A stretch of DNA of 64,000 nucleotides from Octopus sinensis (lineage: Eukaryota), in the NCBI RefSeq assembly GCF_006345805.1, contig NC_043026.1, positions 14,735,579 to 14,799,578 of the forward strand, in the 5' to 3' direction. A program made the position numbers and the translations under genes. The notes beneath the pieces were generated by a model that saw nothing but the letters and a program-made list of their open reading frames with translations, ran no database searches and was not told where the DNA came from. Below, piece by piece: positions 22,561 to 36,291 of the stretch; position 1 is the stretch's first letter; each line of letters opens with the position of its first letter.

Positions 22561-24124
22561 ATAATGATTGTGGCGGTGGAAAGGATTATGGGAGGAGAGG
22601 CAAGGGCGGAGTAGATGGCTAAGAGAAAGGATATGTTGTCAACTGGAAGGGGAAGGGTGAAGAGTGATCAGATGTTTAATGATTGAGTAACGTGGTAGGA
22701 GGGCTGGGAAGGGAGTGGGTGTTGTCAACGACATAGTAGGAGGAGAAGGGAAGAGTTAGAGGTGGAGTAAATGACTAATGACTGTGCTGAGTGATGATAG
22801 CGAGAGTGAAAATTATAGATGTCAATGTATATACATGGTTCCGGGTTCATTCCCATTGCGTTGCACCTTGGGCAAGTGTCTTCTGCTATAGCCCCGGGCT
22901 GACCAATGCCTTGTGAGTGGATTTGGTAGACGGAAACTGATAGAAGCCTGTCGTATGTATGTATATATATATATATATATGCGTGTGTGTGTTTGGGTGT
23001 CTGTGTTTGTCCCCCTAGCATTGCTTGACAACCGATGCTGGTGTGTTTACGTCCCCGTTACTTAGCGGTTCGACAAAAGAGACCGATAGAATAAGTACTG
23101 GGCTTACAAAGAATAAGTCCCGGGGTCGAGTTGCTCGACTAAAGGCGGTGCTCCAGCATGGCCCCAGTCAAATGACTGAAACAAGTAAAAGAGAGTATAC
23201 ATATATATAAAAAGATGTGAATATGTGTCTGTCTGTGTGTCTGTGAATCCCTAAAACTCGAGAACTACACAACTGTGTTCCTTCAAATTTTACACGTTCC
23301 TTACGTACTTTGGTCCATGTAGTGTCATGGACCAAAAACACTTTCAGTTTTTTGCTTAATGCAAGGCCAGAACAATCTCTTATTATCTTCTACTATTTCA
23401 GTATTACGTGTCAATAACTTCCTATTGTAATGTCAGATAAATAGTTTCACTATTAATACTGAAACTATTAAAGTGAAATTATTATCTGACATATATACAG
23501 GCAGACATACATATATACAATATATATATAATATGGCACATAAAAAGCACCAACCGTTCTTGACCGTTGCCAACCTACCCTGGCACCTAAAAAGCAGCAT
23601 CCGTATGTGGCCAATGCCAGTGCCACCTTGACTGGTTTCCATGCCAGTAGCACGTAAAAGGCACCAACCATTATTGACCGCTGCCAGCCTACCCTGGCAC
23701 CTAAAAAGCACCATCCATACGTGGCCGATGCCAGCGCCATCTTGACAGGTTTCCGTGCCGGTGACATGTAAAAAGCACCAACCGATCGTGACCATTGCCA
23801 GCCGACCCTGGCACATAAAAGGCACCATCCGTACGTGGCCGATGCCATTACCACCTTGACTGGTTTCCATGCTGGTGGCACGTAAAAAGCACCAACCGTT
23901 CGTGGCCGTTGCCAGCCTACCCTGGCACATAAAAAGCACCATCCGTACGTGGCCGGAGTGGTTGGTGTTAGGAAGGGCATCCAGCCGTAGAAACATTGCC
24001 AGATCAGACTGGGCCTGGTGCAGCCTTCGGGCTTCCCAGACCCTGGTCGAACAGTCCAACCCATGCTAGCATGGAAAACACGTTAAACGATGATGATATA
24101 TATATATATATATATTATGTAAGC

Positions 24125-24395
24125 TTGCAAGGTTTGAAGCCACTATACTCCGCTGGATGTGTAATGTCAGTGTGCACACATGACAGAGTGTAAGTGCCCT
24201 GAGAGAAAAGTTGGACCTAAAAGGCATCAGATGTGGTGTGCAAGAGAGCCGACTGCGTTGGTATGGGCATGTGGTGAGAATGGATGCGGATAGCTGTGGG
24301 AAAAAGTGTCACGCCCTAGCAGTTGAGGGAACCAGTGGAAGAGGTATACCCAGGAAGACCTGGGATGGGTAAGTGAAGCACGACCTTCGAACATT
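24125..24395 (+). mobile_element. RTE LINE ORF2 fragment
   Basis: RLRWYGHVVRM..CHALAVEGTSGRGIPRKTW, homologous to 42503-42775; a more decayed copy lies at about 9720-9960. Confidence 0.7.
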
Positions 24396-24396
24396 T

Positions 24397-24795
24397 GTCT
24401 TATGAAGAAAGGCTGAAGACACTCGACCTTTATTCTCTAGAAAAACGCAGCCGCCGCCAAGGTGATCTCATTCTCACTCACAACATCATAAGCGGAAAGT
24501 CTAACCTCTCGAAGAGCTGCTCTTCACTCCTGCTCCAGAGTGTCGGCTGCGGGCTCACTCCGAAAAGCTCTATCTGCGACGATTTCATCTCAATCGAAGG
24601 AGAGGGGCTTTCTCCATCCGGGTTGCAAATCTGTGGAATAAGCTGCCGGACAAGATAGTGAAGATGCCGACGACCGCTCGGTTCAAAGTCTCTCTTGACC
24701 AGAAATGGCCTGAACTCTTTGCATGGACACCACCCTATACATAACTCCATGTCCTGGTTTTTTGCTTTTTGAGCCAAAAAATTAACTTAACTTAA
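24397..24795 (+). mobile_element. CR1/L2-clade LINE 3' end
   Basis: SYEERLKTLDLYSLEKRR..GDLI...FSIRVANLWNKLP motif (frameshifted) and (TTAAC)n tail. Confidence 0.75.
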
Positions 24796-24959
24796 CATCT
24801 CCCTGGAATTAACTCTCACCCAAGTGTGATCAGTGAATCATAGGACACTTATATGACATCTGGCTACCTTGCAATCATTGCCTGGGATCTTTCCTATAAA
24901 TTGATCATTCGTATATCACTTTCTAGCTCTACTCTTAATCTCTCTTCCCACCCAGAAAG

Positions 24960-26060
24960 CCATCAGTAAATGTCTGGAAGGAGACTGGTTCAGACATTTT
25001 AAGGAAGGTGATGCTAGTCTCAAAGACAAAGGTCTGGAAGGCTTTTTGTTATGGAAGACGAGGGCCTGCTTGAACAACAGCCAAGCACAGGCAGTTAAAC
25101 TTGCAGTCATCAGAGCTTGATCCATCACAAAGCATCATCAATTGACAGCTCCTTAAGCTCAGCCTGGTGAATTGATGTCGTCGAGAAAGTCCTCATGAAC
25201 TGACCAATGCTCTAATGATGTGTTTTTGGTGTTGAATTGTAAATGGAGTGGAGGCGCAATGGCCCAGTGGTTAGGGCAGCGGACTCACGGTCGTAGGATC
25301 GCGGTTTCGATTCCCAGACCGGGCGTTGTGAGTGTTTATTGAGCGAAAACACCTAAAAGCTCCACGAGGCTCCGGCAGGGGATGGTGGTGATCCCTGCTG
25401 TACTCTTTCACCACAACTTTCTCTCACTCTTACTTCCTGTTTCTGTTGTACCTGTATTTCAAAGGGCCGGCCTTGTCACTCTCTGCGTCACCCTGAATAT
25501 CCCCGAGAACTACGTTAAGGTGTCTGTGGAGTGCTCAGCCACTTACACGTTAATTTCACGAGCAGGCTGTTCCGTTGAACGGATCAACCGGAACCCTCGT
25601 CGTCGTAACCGACGGAGTGCTTCTTCTCTGTAAATGGAGATGAAAAAATGGATCCTATTTTCACAATCTTAATAATAAGAGAAATCTGTGGCTTCATTCC
25701 AGCCAGGTTTTAGGACCTATTGTCAAACAAAAGTGGTTTGAATCAAAAGTCATGTTGTGTGTTTGTTGGGATTTCGAGGGGCTGTTGCACTTTTGAGCTT
25801 GTCTCAGATGGTCATGCTGTGAACGCTGACCTTTATACCCAGCAACAGCAGATAGTGGGTGATGCTTTGAAAGCCTGCTACTTGGCATAGGTCAATCAAA
25901 GACACACACTCCTACAGCATGACAAAGCCACATCACACCCTGCAAACTTGGGGAACTTGACGGGTTGGAAGTGCTGCCTCACCCTGCCTACAGTCCAAAG
26001 TTGACACCATCAGATGATCACATCTCCCAAGCCATTGATCATTTCCATATTTTTTTGAGT
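24960..26060 (+). pseudogene. Degraded mariner (DD34D) transposase interrupted by a SINE
   Basis: WFRHFKEGD.., GDEKWI, KVMLCVCWD.EG, LQHDKA, WEVLPHPAYSPKLTPSD motifs across frameshifts. Confidence 0.75.
25249..25628 (+). mobile_element. tRNA-derived SINE with 11-bp TSD
   Basis: A-box TGGCCCAGTGG, B-box GGTTTCGATTCC; TSD TGTAAATGGAG at 25238-25248 and 25629-25639. Confidence 0.85.
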
Positions 26061-27222
26061 TCAAATTCCGCCGAGGTCGACTTTGCCTTTCATCATCATC
26101 ATCATCATCATTTAGCGTCCGCTTTCCAAGCTAGCATGGGTTGGACGGTTCAACTGGGGTCTGGGAAGCCAGAAGGCTGCACCAGGCCCAGTCTGATCTG
26201 GCAGTGTTTCTACGGCTGGATGCCCTTCCTAACGCCAACCACTCCGTGAGTGTAGTGGGTGATTTTTACGTGCCAGACGGGGCTGGCAAATGGCCACGGA
26301 CAGATGGTGCTTTTTACGTGCCACTGGCACGGGGACAGGCAAGGCTGGCAACGGCTTTCAGGGTCGATAAATAAAGTACCAGTTTCCCACTGGAGTCGAT
26401 GTAATCGACTTAATCCCTTTGTCTGTCCTTGTTTGTCCTCTTTATGTTTAGCCCCTTGTGGACTGTAAAGAAATACATTTCCTCCACAGACACAAGGTAT
26501 ATATTTTAATGAATAAACATTTTCTGTATGTAATTTGAACTTTTAATTAAAGCCTGAAATGCAAAAAAAAAAAAAAAGGGGGTGACTCAACTTGGTATAT
26601 ATGCATAAATATGTATGAACCAACCAATGAGAGAGTCTTCCACATGGTAGCTAGACCAGGTAGAAAAAACAGCCAAATCTCCCTCAAATTACACCTATGG
26701 TTTTTGTATGTATAAGCTAATAAGACAAGATTCTACATGGTAAACCAGCCCTTATGTATATGTAGAGTCTAATGAGAAAGATCTGTGGAAATTCTGAGGG
26801 TCTGAGAAATTCTTCACAATAAAAACCAGTGTTTTACATTATTATTGTGGCGGCGAGCCAGCAGAATGGTTAGCATGCAGGACAAAATAGCTTGATGGTA
26901 TTTCCTACGTTGTGAGATCAAATTCTACCAAGGTCAACTTTGCCTTTTATCTTTTTGTGGTCGATAAATTAAGTACCAGTTACATACTGGGGTCAATGTG
27001 ATTGACTCCCTCCCTCAACAAAATTTCAGGCCTTGTGCCGAGAGTAGAAAAGATTATTCTTATGATTAAGACCATGAGCTGGGATGATTGTTAGTATGCC
27101 AGGGGTCAATGCAATGGATTCATCCCTTTCCACAAAGTGGCTGCCCTTGTGGCAAAATTTGAAACTTATTATTATTAGATTATTTTTGTTGACACTGATT
27201 TCAAATAAACTAGTTTCATTAA

Positions 27223-27818
27223 CCCTTTTGTTACCATATTTCTGTTTTGAGATGCTCTGTGTTTCTTTCAATTACTTTAAATATAATAAAGAATTTAGTA
27301 AAATAACTTGGTTATCGTTAAGCTAGTGTTAGGAACATAAATTGTGACTCAGGTTTAGTGGAAGATTTTAATTCAAAACTTATGAAAACAAGACATTTGT
27401 ACTACAGAGCCAGAGGCAGTTTCAGGCAAGTTGGTATCGAAAGGGTTAAAAACATCTCTACATTTGGGCAGATGGACATTCGAAGCAATTGAAAGGGTGT
27501 GGATTGAAAGAAATTTAGGCTATTATTTCTAGCATATAGAGTGACCACATTGAGGTCTCCTTCTCTCAAGTTTTCTGCTGATTATTTTTCTTCTTAACCC
27601 TTTCGTTACCATATTTCTGTTGAGATGCTCTGCGTTTCTTTCAATTAATTTTAAATATAACAAAGAATTTAGTAAAATAACTTGGTTATCATTAAGCTAC
27701 TGTTAGGAACATAAATTGTGACTAAGATTTGGTGGAGGATTTTAATTCAAAACTTATAAAGACAAGACATTTGTACTCAGAGCCAGAGGTGGTTTCAGCC
27801 GGGTTGGTAATGAAAGGG
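27223..27818 (+). mobile_element. Composite MITE-spacer-MITE piggyBac-type unit
   Basis: TTAA at both outer ends; same two-MITE plus ~145-bp spacer arrangement as 7506-8096. Confidence 0.7.
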
Positions 27819-29079
27819 TTAAATTAATACAAAGGGCCATTTGTGTTATGTCATAAATTGTACAATAGAATATGTCGTGGACAAGTTAGAGGGTAAACAG
27901 AGAAGGAGGAGTTAACAAAATCAGCTTGAGGAAAGAATTCTCTGCGGGTTCAATTCTTGGCTGACTCTGAAACAACCAAGGTTAACAAAATTTTTTTCAA
28001 CCTGTGTTTTTTTTTAAAAATAAAATTACAAAAGCATCATTATAATTATCATCAACATATTCGTCATCATTATTAACATCATTACTATCTTTATTATTAA
28101 TAATCAAAATTATCAACATCATCATTATAATTAATAATATTAACATCATCATCATCATCATCATCATGATTGTTATCAGAAAAACATGCTTCTCTGTGTC
28201 TGGAATTTTAAATAAAATTCTTCAGGCAGTTCATTTGGGAATTATAGCTTTTCTTTTAAAAAAAAATGTTTATTTTTGTAATTTTATACTTTTTTTATTA
28301 CAGTTTTTTTTTATATTTCAAATTTTAATTTCTCAATTTCATTTTCAACTTTTGTTTTTGTGTGTCTATGTGTGTTTGTGTGTGTGTGTGTGCATGTGTT
28401 AGCACGCACAGGGTACTAGACTTTTATACTATATATATTTCTATGCATAAATAAGCAATTTATATACCAACACACATACACACACACACATACATACATA
28501 TATACACACAAACATACAAACACTGATCTTTGTCTACCTATTTATTTATTTATACACACACATATATATATATATACACATATACATACACACACATATA
28601 TATATACATATATATATACATACACACATACACATATATACATATATATATACATACACATATATATATACATACACATATATACATATATATATACATA
28701 CATACACACACACACACATATATATATACATATATATATATACATACACACACATATATATACATACATACACACACACACATATATATATATATATACA
28801 TACACACACACACATATATATATATATACATACACACACACATATATATATATATACATACACACACATATATATACATACACATATACACACACATATA
28901 TATACATACACATATATATACATACACACACATATATACATATATATATACATACACACGCACACACATATATATATATATACATACACACACATATATA
29001 TATATATACATACACACACATATATATATATACAAACACACAGACACACACACATATATATACATATATATATATACAT

Positions 29080-29120
<41 letters not shown>

Positions 29121-30502
29121 CATACACACACACACATATATATATACTTTATTCTCTTAAGAACATAATGAATCTAACATGTAAAGTAACTGATTTTCAT
29201 TGGACGCTGGCCCTGCGTGTACCCCAAAACCTCTAAACAAATGAAGCTATACTTAATTACCCTTCACTTCAAATTTTAACTTAATCCCATTGGTACCATG
29301 TTACAAACAAACTTCTAATGGAATCATAAACAGTAGATACATTAGTTTATTATGACCATATTATTGCACAATATCATATATCATCTTGCCAAATTATTAC
29401 ATGCCAAATTATATGATACACTGTGCCAATAATACATTTTATTTCTGAAACACACAATAATATCCAAATAATGGCTGTTTTATCATTATTACTATCTTTC
29501 TATCACTCTCTACACGCACAAACAAAAAAAAAGGGCACTCAACACATTTATTGGGAATCACATGTATGAATCAAAACGGCTTGGTTCAAACTCCTTGGTT
29601 CTCTAAGTTTCAAGTGTGATACTAATCATCAGCTATAGGGATTTGAAATTCCTACGGCCAAAGATTAGCATCACACTTGAAACTCAGAGCACCAAGATGT
29701 TTCAACCAAACTGTTTTGAGCCATATAATATATTATACAAACACACAACACTCACCTATAATGCCCAGAATTTCCTGGCAAGCTGCAGGTACGAAGTTAT
29801 CCATCTGCCAATGAATACACATACCACACCTCATAAGCTGTCAAGTAGAATGGTAACACACCGGATATTTCTAACTTGTGGCTTTCCCCCAAAAGTTCCA
29901 AGTACTGTATCTGAGCGTTCTATGCTAGTATAATATATTAATTATATTTCAATGATTTTGCAGTGACAGAGCTACAGAGGGGTGATTAATTTATCTGTCT
30001 CTCTCTCTCTATATATATATATATATACACACACATGCTCACACACACACACATGCTATATATTTATATTTACCAGGGGCAATGCTAACTGGACACAGGC
30101 TAAAGCTTGTTTTACCCTCTGGGATAAGGGGCCTGATGCAGAAAATTCAAAACACCTAATGACCCCACAATGATGAATTAGGTTCATCTACACTTACAAT
30201 TTTTCCTATCCGTATACTTCATTTGTATATATGTTATATATATGTATATATGATATATATATATTATATATATTCTATGTATGTATGTATATATATATAT
30301 ATAAATATATATGTTTGTGTATATATATATATATGTATGTGTATATATATATATAGATATGTATGTGTATATATATATATATATATATATGTATGTTTAT
30401 ATATAATATATATTTATGTGTATATATATATATATATGTATGTGTATATATATATATATATATATTATGTGTTGATATATATATATGTATTATATATATA
30501 TG

Positions 30503-30543
<41 letters not shown>

Positions 30544-30839
30544 ATAATATATATATATATGTATGTGTGTGTATATATATAATATGTATGTGTGTGTATA
30601 TATATATATATGTATGTGTGTGTATATATATATATATGTATATATATTATATATATGTATGTGTGTGTATATATATATATATGTATATATATATGTATAA
30701 TATATAATATGTATGTATGTATATATATATATAATATATATTATATAATATATATACATACACATATGTATATATACATATATACAATTACATCCATATA
30801 TACATACATACATACATATATACAACTACATCACCATAC

Positions 30840-30888
<49 letters not shown>

Positions 30889-31719
30889 CATATAATTATA
30901 TGTATGTATGTATGTATACAGCTTTGTTAATCAAAGAATATTATAAACAGAAAAAACATATACTGGTGGGACTGATTCTAGACAACTTATTAATTATCTT
31001 AGGGTTGACTGGGGCTTCAAATTTCACATTTAGCAGCTTATTCAACCAGGTTGACTGACTGACTGAATAAAAATTGAAAATGAGAATGGAAGTCAAGGTC
31101 ATCCCTTAAAAATTTTTTAGGAATGAGTCAAGGTCATCCCTAAAATATCTTCACACACACACACACACACACGCATGCGTATGTACTAAGGCTTCAGTAC
31201 TGCATACACCTAGGAGCTAAGAATGAAAAAAAAAAAAAAAAGAGTTCAACATGGGTATAGAGAGAGTAATAGATATATATATTTAGGTGAGTGGGAAAGC
31301 AAAAAAAAAATCAATTTATATCTATATCGGTGATTGGTAGGTTTTCATCATCTTCGTAATGAATCGATGAAAAAAACTGGACAGTGAGAAAATTACATTT
31401 AGTTTCCCAAATCCTACGCCGCCCACCACCACACACATTTAAGATATAACTTTTATACACACACACACAGTTAAGACGTAACTTTTACATACAAACACAC
31501 ACACATTTTTTCAATTGTATTTCAATGTTTTTTAAATCTAAAATTTGACTACACATTATCATTATTACCATTATTATTATTATTATTAAATTGTTTATTT
31601 TTATTTGGTTGGGGACATTGTTTTGTTTTGTTTTTCAAACAAATTTAGAGAAAATGACAAAAAAAAAACCCAAAAACCAAAGGGAAACAGTTACATGATA
31701 TGTCTGCTGTGGTGGTGGT

Positions 31720-32100
31720 CACCATAGTTATTGCTACTGTTGTTACCATTATTATTGTTTTTGTTGTTGCTGGAGTGGCTGTTGTTGTTGTTGTTGCTAT
31801 TGGTATTATTGTTGTAGTAGTTGTTCTTGTTGTTGCCACTACAGCTGTTTCGAACACGTTTTCCAATAGTAAATGTGTTTTTGTTGTTGCTGGGGTTGTT
31901 GCTGTTGTTGTTGCTATTGGTATTATTGTTGTAGTAGTTGTTCTTGTTGTTGCCACTACAGCTGTTTCGAACACGTTTTCCAATAGTAAATGTGTTTTTG
32001 TTGTTGCTGGGGTTGTTGCTGTTGTTGTTGCTATTGGTATTATTGTTGTAGTAGTTGTTCTTGTTGTTGCCACTACAGCCGTTTCGAACACGCTTTCCAA
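31720..32100. repeat. Three 126-bp units built on (GTT)n
   Basis: gccactacagctgtttcgaacacg recurs every 126 bp. Confidence 0.8.
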
Positions 32101-33337
32101 TAGTAAATGCAGTTACAGGAGAGAGAGAGAGAAAAAAAAGGCAAGGGTGGCACCACACGGGGAGCCACTGCCACGGTTAATTCAACAATGGACTAACTGA
32201 CACTCCGACCGGGTGATCCGTCCAGCTGGAGCAACAGGGAACATAACAACATAATATCAGTTTGAAGAAGCAAAAGAGATGAGAAAAAAAAAACAAGTAA
32301 AAAGGTGGTAGTAGTTGTAGCAGTGTGAGTAGTAGTAGTAGTAGTAACAGTAGTAGTAGTGGTGGTGGTGGTGGGTAAACTCCTTATTTCCTGTTTCGAT
32401 TTCTTTTTTTTTTTTTATTAAAGTATTATTACGTATTTTTCTTGCAAATTTGTCTTTCCTCTGATTTATAATTCTCATCCGTTGTCTCCTTGTTCAAGGA
32501 GCCATCAATCAACCAATCATGTCGTTATTCAGCTGGATGCAGCCCATATAATCAGAGACAGTAACACCACTATGGCCAATACCACCAACAGAATTACACA
32601 CATGTTCCTCCGGGAGCGTTTCTGAAATGTACAAAACGAAAGTGAAAGTAAATAGCAGACAAACAACAACTCTATATATATCTTTTATCTTTTACTTGTT
32701 TCAGTCATTTTGACTGCAGCCATGCTGGAGCACCACCATTTTTAGTCGAGCAAATCGACCCCAGGACTTATTCTTTGTAAGCCTAGTACATATTCTATCG
32801 ATCTCTTTGCCGAACTGCTAAGTTACAGGGACGTAAACACACCAGCATCGGTTGTCAAGCGATGTTGGGGGGACAAACATAGATACAAACACACACACAC
32901 ACACACATATATAAATATATATATATATATATATAGACATATATACGACAGGTTTCTTTCAGTTTCCGTCTACCACATCCACTCACAAGGCTATGGTCGG
33001 CCCGAGGCTATAGCAGAAGACACTTGCCCAAGGTGCCACGCAGTGGGACTGAACCCGGAACCGTGTGGCTGGTAAGCAAGCTACTTACCACACAGCCACT
33101 CCTACGCCTATATATATCTTTTATCTTTTACTTGTTTCAGTCATTAGACTGTGGCCATGCTGGGGCACTGCCTAGAAGAATTTATAGTCAAAAGTATCGA
33201 CCCCCAGTACTTCTTGTTTTAAGCCTAGTACTTATTCTATCAATCACTTTTGCTGGACCGCTAAGTTACAGAGACATAAACACACCAACACTGGTTGTCA
33301 AGTGGTAGAGAGGAGATAAACACACAAACAGACACAC

Positions 33338-33372
<35 letters not shown>

Positions 33373-33706
33373 CATACGAAAGGCTTCTTTCAGTTTCCAT
33401 CTACCAAACCCACTCACAAGATTGTAGTCAGCTTCAAGTTAAAGCAGAAGATACTTGCCCAAGGTACCATACAGTGGGAGTGAACCCAGAACCATGTGGT
33501 TGGGAAGCTGCACCTATATATATATATATATATATATATATAGGTGCAGGAGTGGCTGTGTGGTAAGTAGCTTGCTAACCAACCACATGTTCCGGGTTCA
33601 GTCCCACTGCGTGGCATCTTGAGCAAGTGTATTCTACTATAGCCCTGGGCCGACCAATGCCTTGTGAGTGGATTTGGTAGACGGAAACTGAAAGAAGCCT
33701 GTCATA

Positions 33707-33759
<53 letters not shown>

Positions 33760-34265
33760 TTGTGTGTCTGTGTTTGTTCCCCTAGCATTGCTTGACAACT
33801 GATGCTGGTGTGTTTACATCGCAGTCACTTAGTGGTTCGGCAAAAGAGACCGATAGAATAAGTACTAGGCTTACAAAGAATAAGTCCCGAGGTTGATTTG
33901 TTCAAGTAAAGGCGGTGCTCCAGCATGGCCGCAGTCAAATGACTGAAACAAGTAAAAGAGAGTAATCCCTCGCCATGTCATGGTTCACCTATCACAGTTC
34001 TCATTCCCAGGGAATGTGGCGGACGTTATTTCCCAGTTCACATTACTTTTCAAGTCACTGCCTAGGATTGAACTTAGTATCCGAGGGTTAGTAGCCAGCA
34101 CTATATGCTTTTATTTGCCGCTGTTATTTTTTCTTGTTATTTCCCAAGTCCCGGCTTAAGACTGAACTCAGAAAGACAAAAAAAAAAAAAAAAAAAGAAA
34201 ACACCAGTAAAAAAAACAGAATATCTCATTAGTCAAATAAAAGGTCTGGGTTTGAAATTCCCTCA

Positions 34266-34312
34266 GGACACCTGATGAAGGCTGGAGAGTACACCAGCCG
34301 AAATGCTGGGCT
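34266..34312 (+). pseudogene. Degenerate minimal hammerhead motif, Penelope-like element type
   Basis: CTGATGA A GGCTGG agagtaca CCAGCC GAAA; stems I and III not intact. Confidence 0.5.
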
Positions 34313-34354
34313 AACAACAAATCCAGATGAGGACGTCTGTCCGTCCAATGTAAA

Positions 34355-34787
34355 TCTCTCTCTATATAAATGGCAGTTTGTCTGTCTGTGTGTCTGTCAG
34401 GTTGTACCCTCACCCTGACCATGGCTTTCAACCGATTCTGATGAAACTTGACACACACATAGCCCAATGTCATAATTCAAAACTAACGCAGTGAAAATTT
34501 TGAAAAATTCCCCCAGTTCTGAAAAAATCGATAAATTCGACATGGGGGTCGAGAATCTAAGCTTTTTATATGCAACACATTTTCTGTCTAGGGGACACAA
34601 CTTGACCTTTTTATCGCTCAAAGGGACAGCTGGGAACATCGTATACACAGAAGTATTCGAGTGAAGAGAAGACATTGCAACCTACACATGCGCCTTCGTT
34701 CCCCTAGAGGGAAAGGACTAGATTTGGATTAGTCGTTGCCTACTAGGGGCTCTTGCATACCCGGGCAACGCCGGGCTATGCTGCTAG
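34355..34787 (+). mobile_element. Non-autonomous Helitron-like element C
   Basis: A|TCTCTCTCTATATAAA...cccgggcaacgccgggctatgctgCTAG|T. Confidence 0.7.
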
Positions 34788-36067
34788 TAATGTTCTAAAA
34801 ATAAGTCTGTCTGTTCTGATAAGACTTAATAACCAGTCCAAAGTCAATAAAAATCTGAACAAGTCTTGATATGACAATCTCTCCAATAAATAAAAGCCCC
34901 CCACCTCCATACACACACACACACACACACACAAACACAGTGACATTAACGATAATGCTGTACTTCAGACAGTTTTTGCTGTTAGAGGAAATCTATCAGA
35001 CAACAGATTGGGACTGGTTTAATTGTATTGTTTCAGCTTTGCTGGCGTCACACAGTGCCACACCAAAGCTACCCCACTTTAATGTCGTCATGCCTGGGCC
35101 ACACTTGACTCAATTATTATGCTGCGTGGTAAGAAGCTTGCTTCTCAACAACATAATTCCAGGTTCAATCCCACCGCATGGTACCTTGGGGCAAATGTCT
35201 TTTACTGTAGCCCTGGGCCTACCAGAACCTTGTGAGTGAATTTGGTGGATAGAAACTGAAAGAAGCCCATCAGTTTCCATCTACCAAATCCACTCACAAG
35301 GCTTTGGTCGGCCCGAGGCTATAGTAGAAGACACTTGCCCAAGGTGCCACACAGTGGGACTGAACCCGGAACCATGTGGTTGGTAAACAAGCTACTTACA
35401 ACACAGCCAGTCCTGCGCTTACATATATAAATATATATATATATGCATATATACGATGGGCTTCTTTCAGTTTCCGTCTACCAAATCCACTCACAAGGCT
35501 TTGGTCTGTCTGAGGCTATAGTAGAAGACACTTGCCCGAGGTGCCACACAGTGGGACTGAACCTGGAACCATGTGGTTGGTTAGCAAGCTACTTACAACA
35601 CAGCCAGTCTGCGCTTACATATATAACTATATATATCTATATGCATATATAACGATGGGCTTCTTCAGTTTCCTCTTTCCCGTCTACCAAATCCACTCAC
35701 AAGGCTTTGGTCTGTCTGAGGCTATAGTAGAAGACACTTGCCCAAGGTGACACACAGTGGGACTGAACCTGGAACCATGTCTGACTGGAACCAAGTCAGA
35801 CTGGAGTCTGGTGTAGCCTTCCAGCTTGCCAGCTTTTGTCAAACCATCCAACCCATGGACAACAGACATTAAATGATGATGATGATGATGATATATATAT
35901 ATACTAAATTAGAAAATGGAGAAATATACTTAAATCAATCAATCATCAACCATCAGATATATATATAATCAATATCAGGGCAGCAAAAAATTCAAGAGAA
36001 ATTTTTCGCCACTAGCGGTCCAGTGAGAAAGAAAAAATAGTCAACAGACTATATATATATATATAAT

Positions 36068-36254
36068 TTCAACAATATTAAGGAATGGCCTTGATAGGCC
36101 ATTCGACCCACTAGAAAGAGCAGCTAAACTCAAACCGCTAAATAGTTATGTTTTTATTTCCTTTGGTTTCTGAATTACAATTATAGAGCGGTTTGAGTTT
36201 AGCTGCTCTTTTCTAGTGGGTCGAATGGCCTATCAAGCCATTCCTTATTTGTTG

Positions 36255-36256
<2 letters not shown>
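36068..36256. repeat. Inverted repeat, ~70-bp arms
   Basis: 36068-36139 versus 36187-36256. Confidence 0.85.

Positions 36257-36290
<34 letters not shown>

Positions 36291-36291
<1 letters not shown>

Larger units (their letters stand above)
18060..24070. repeat. Large inverted duplication: arms about 18060-19660 and 22845-24070
   Basis: Same order of LINE-UTR repeat, ~310-bp non-SINE segment (18981-19300 versus 23190-23520) and SINE in opposite orientation. Confidence 0.8.

Noticed and set aside
25249-25325. tRNA gene
   Set aside because: A/B boxes are present but run into a SINE body bounded by an 11-bp TSD; no complete cloverleaf
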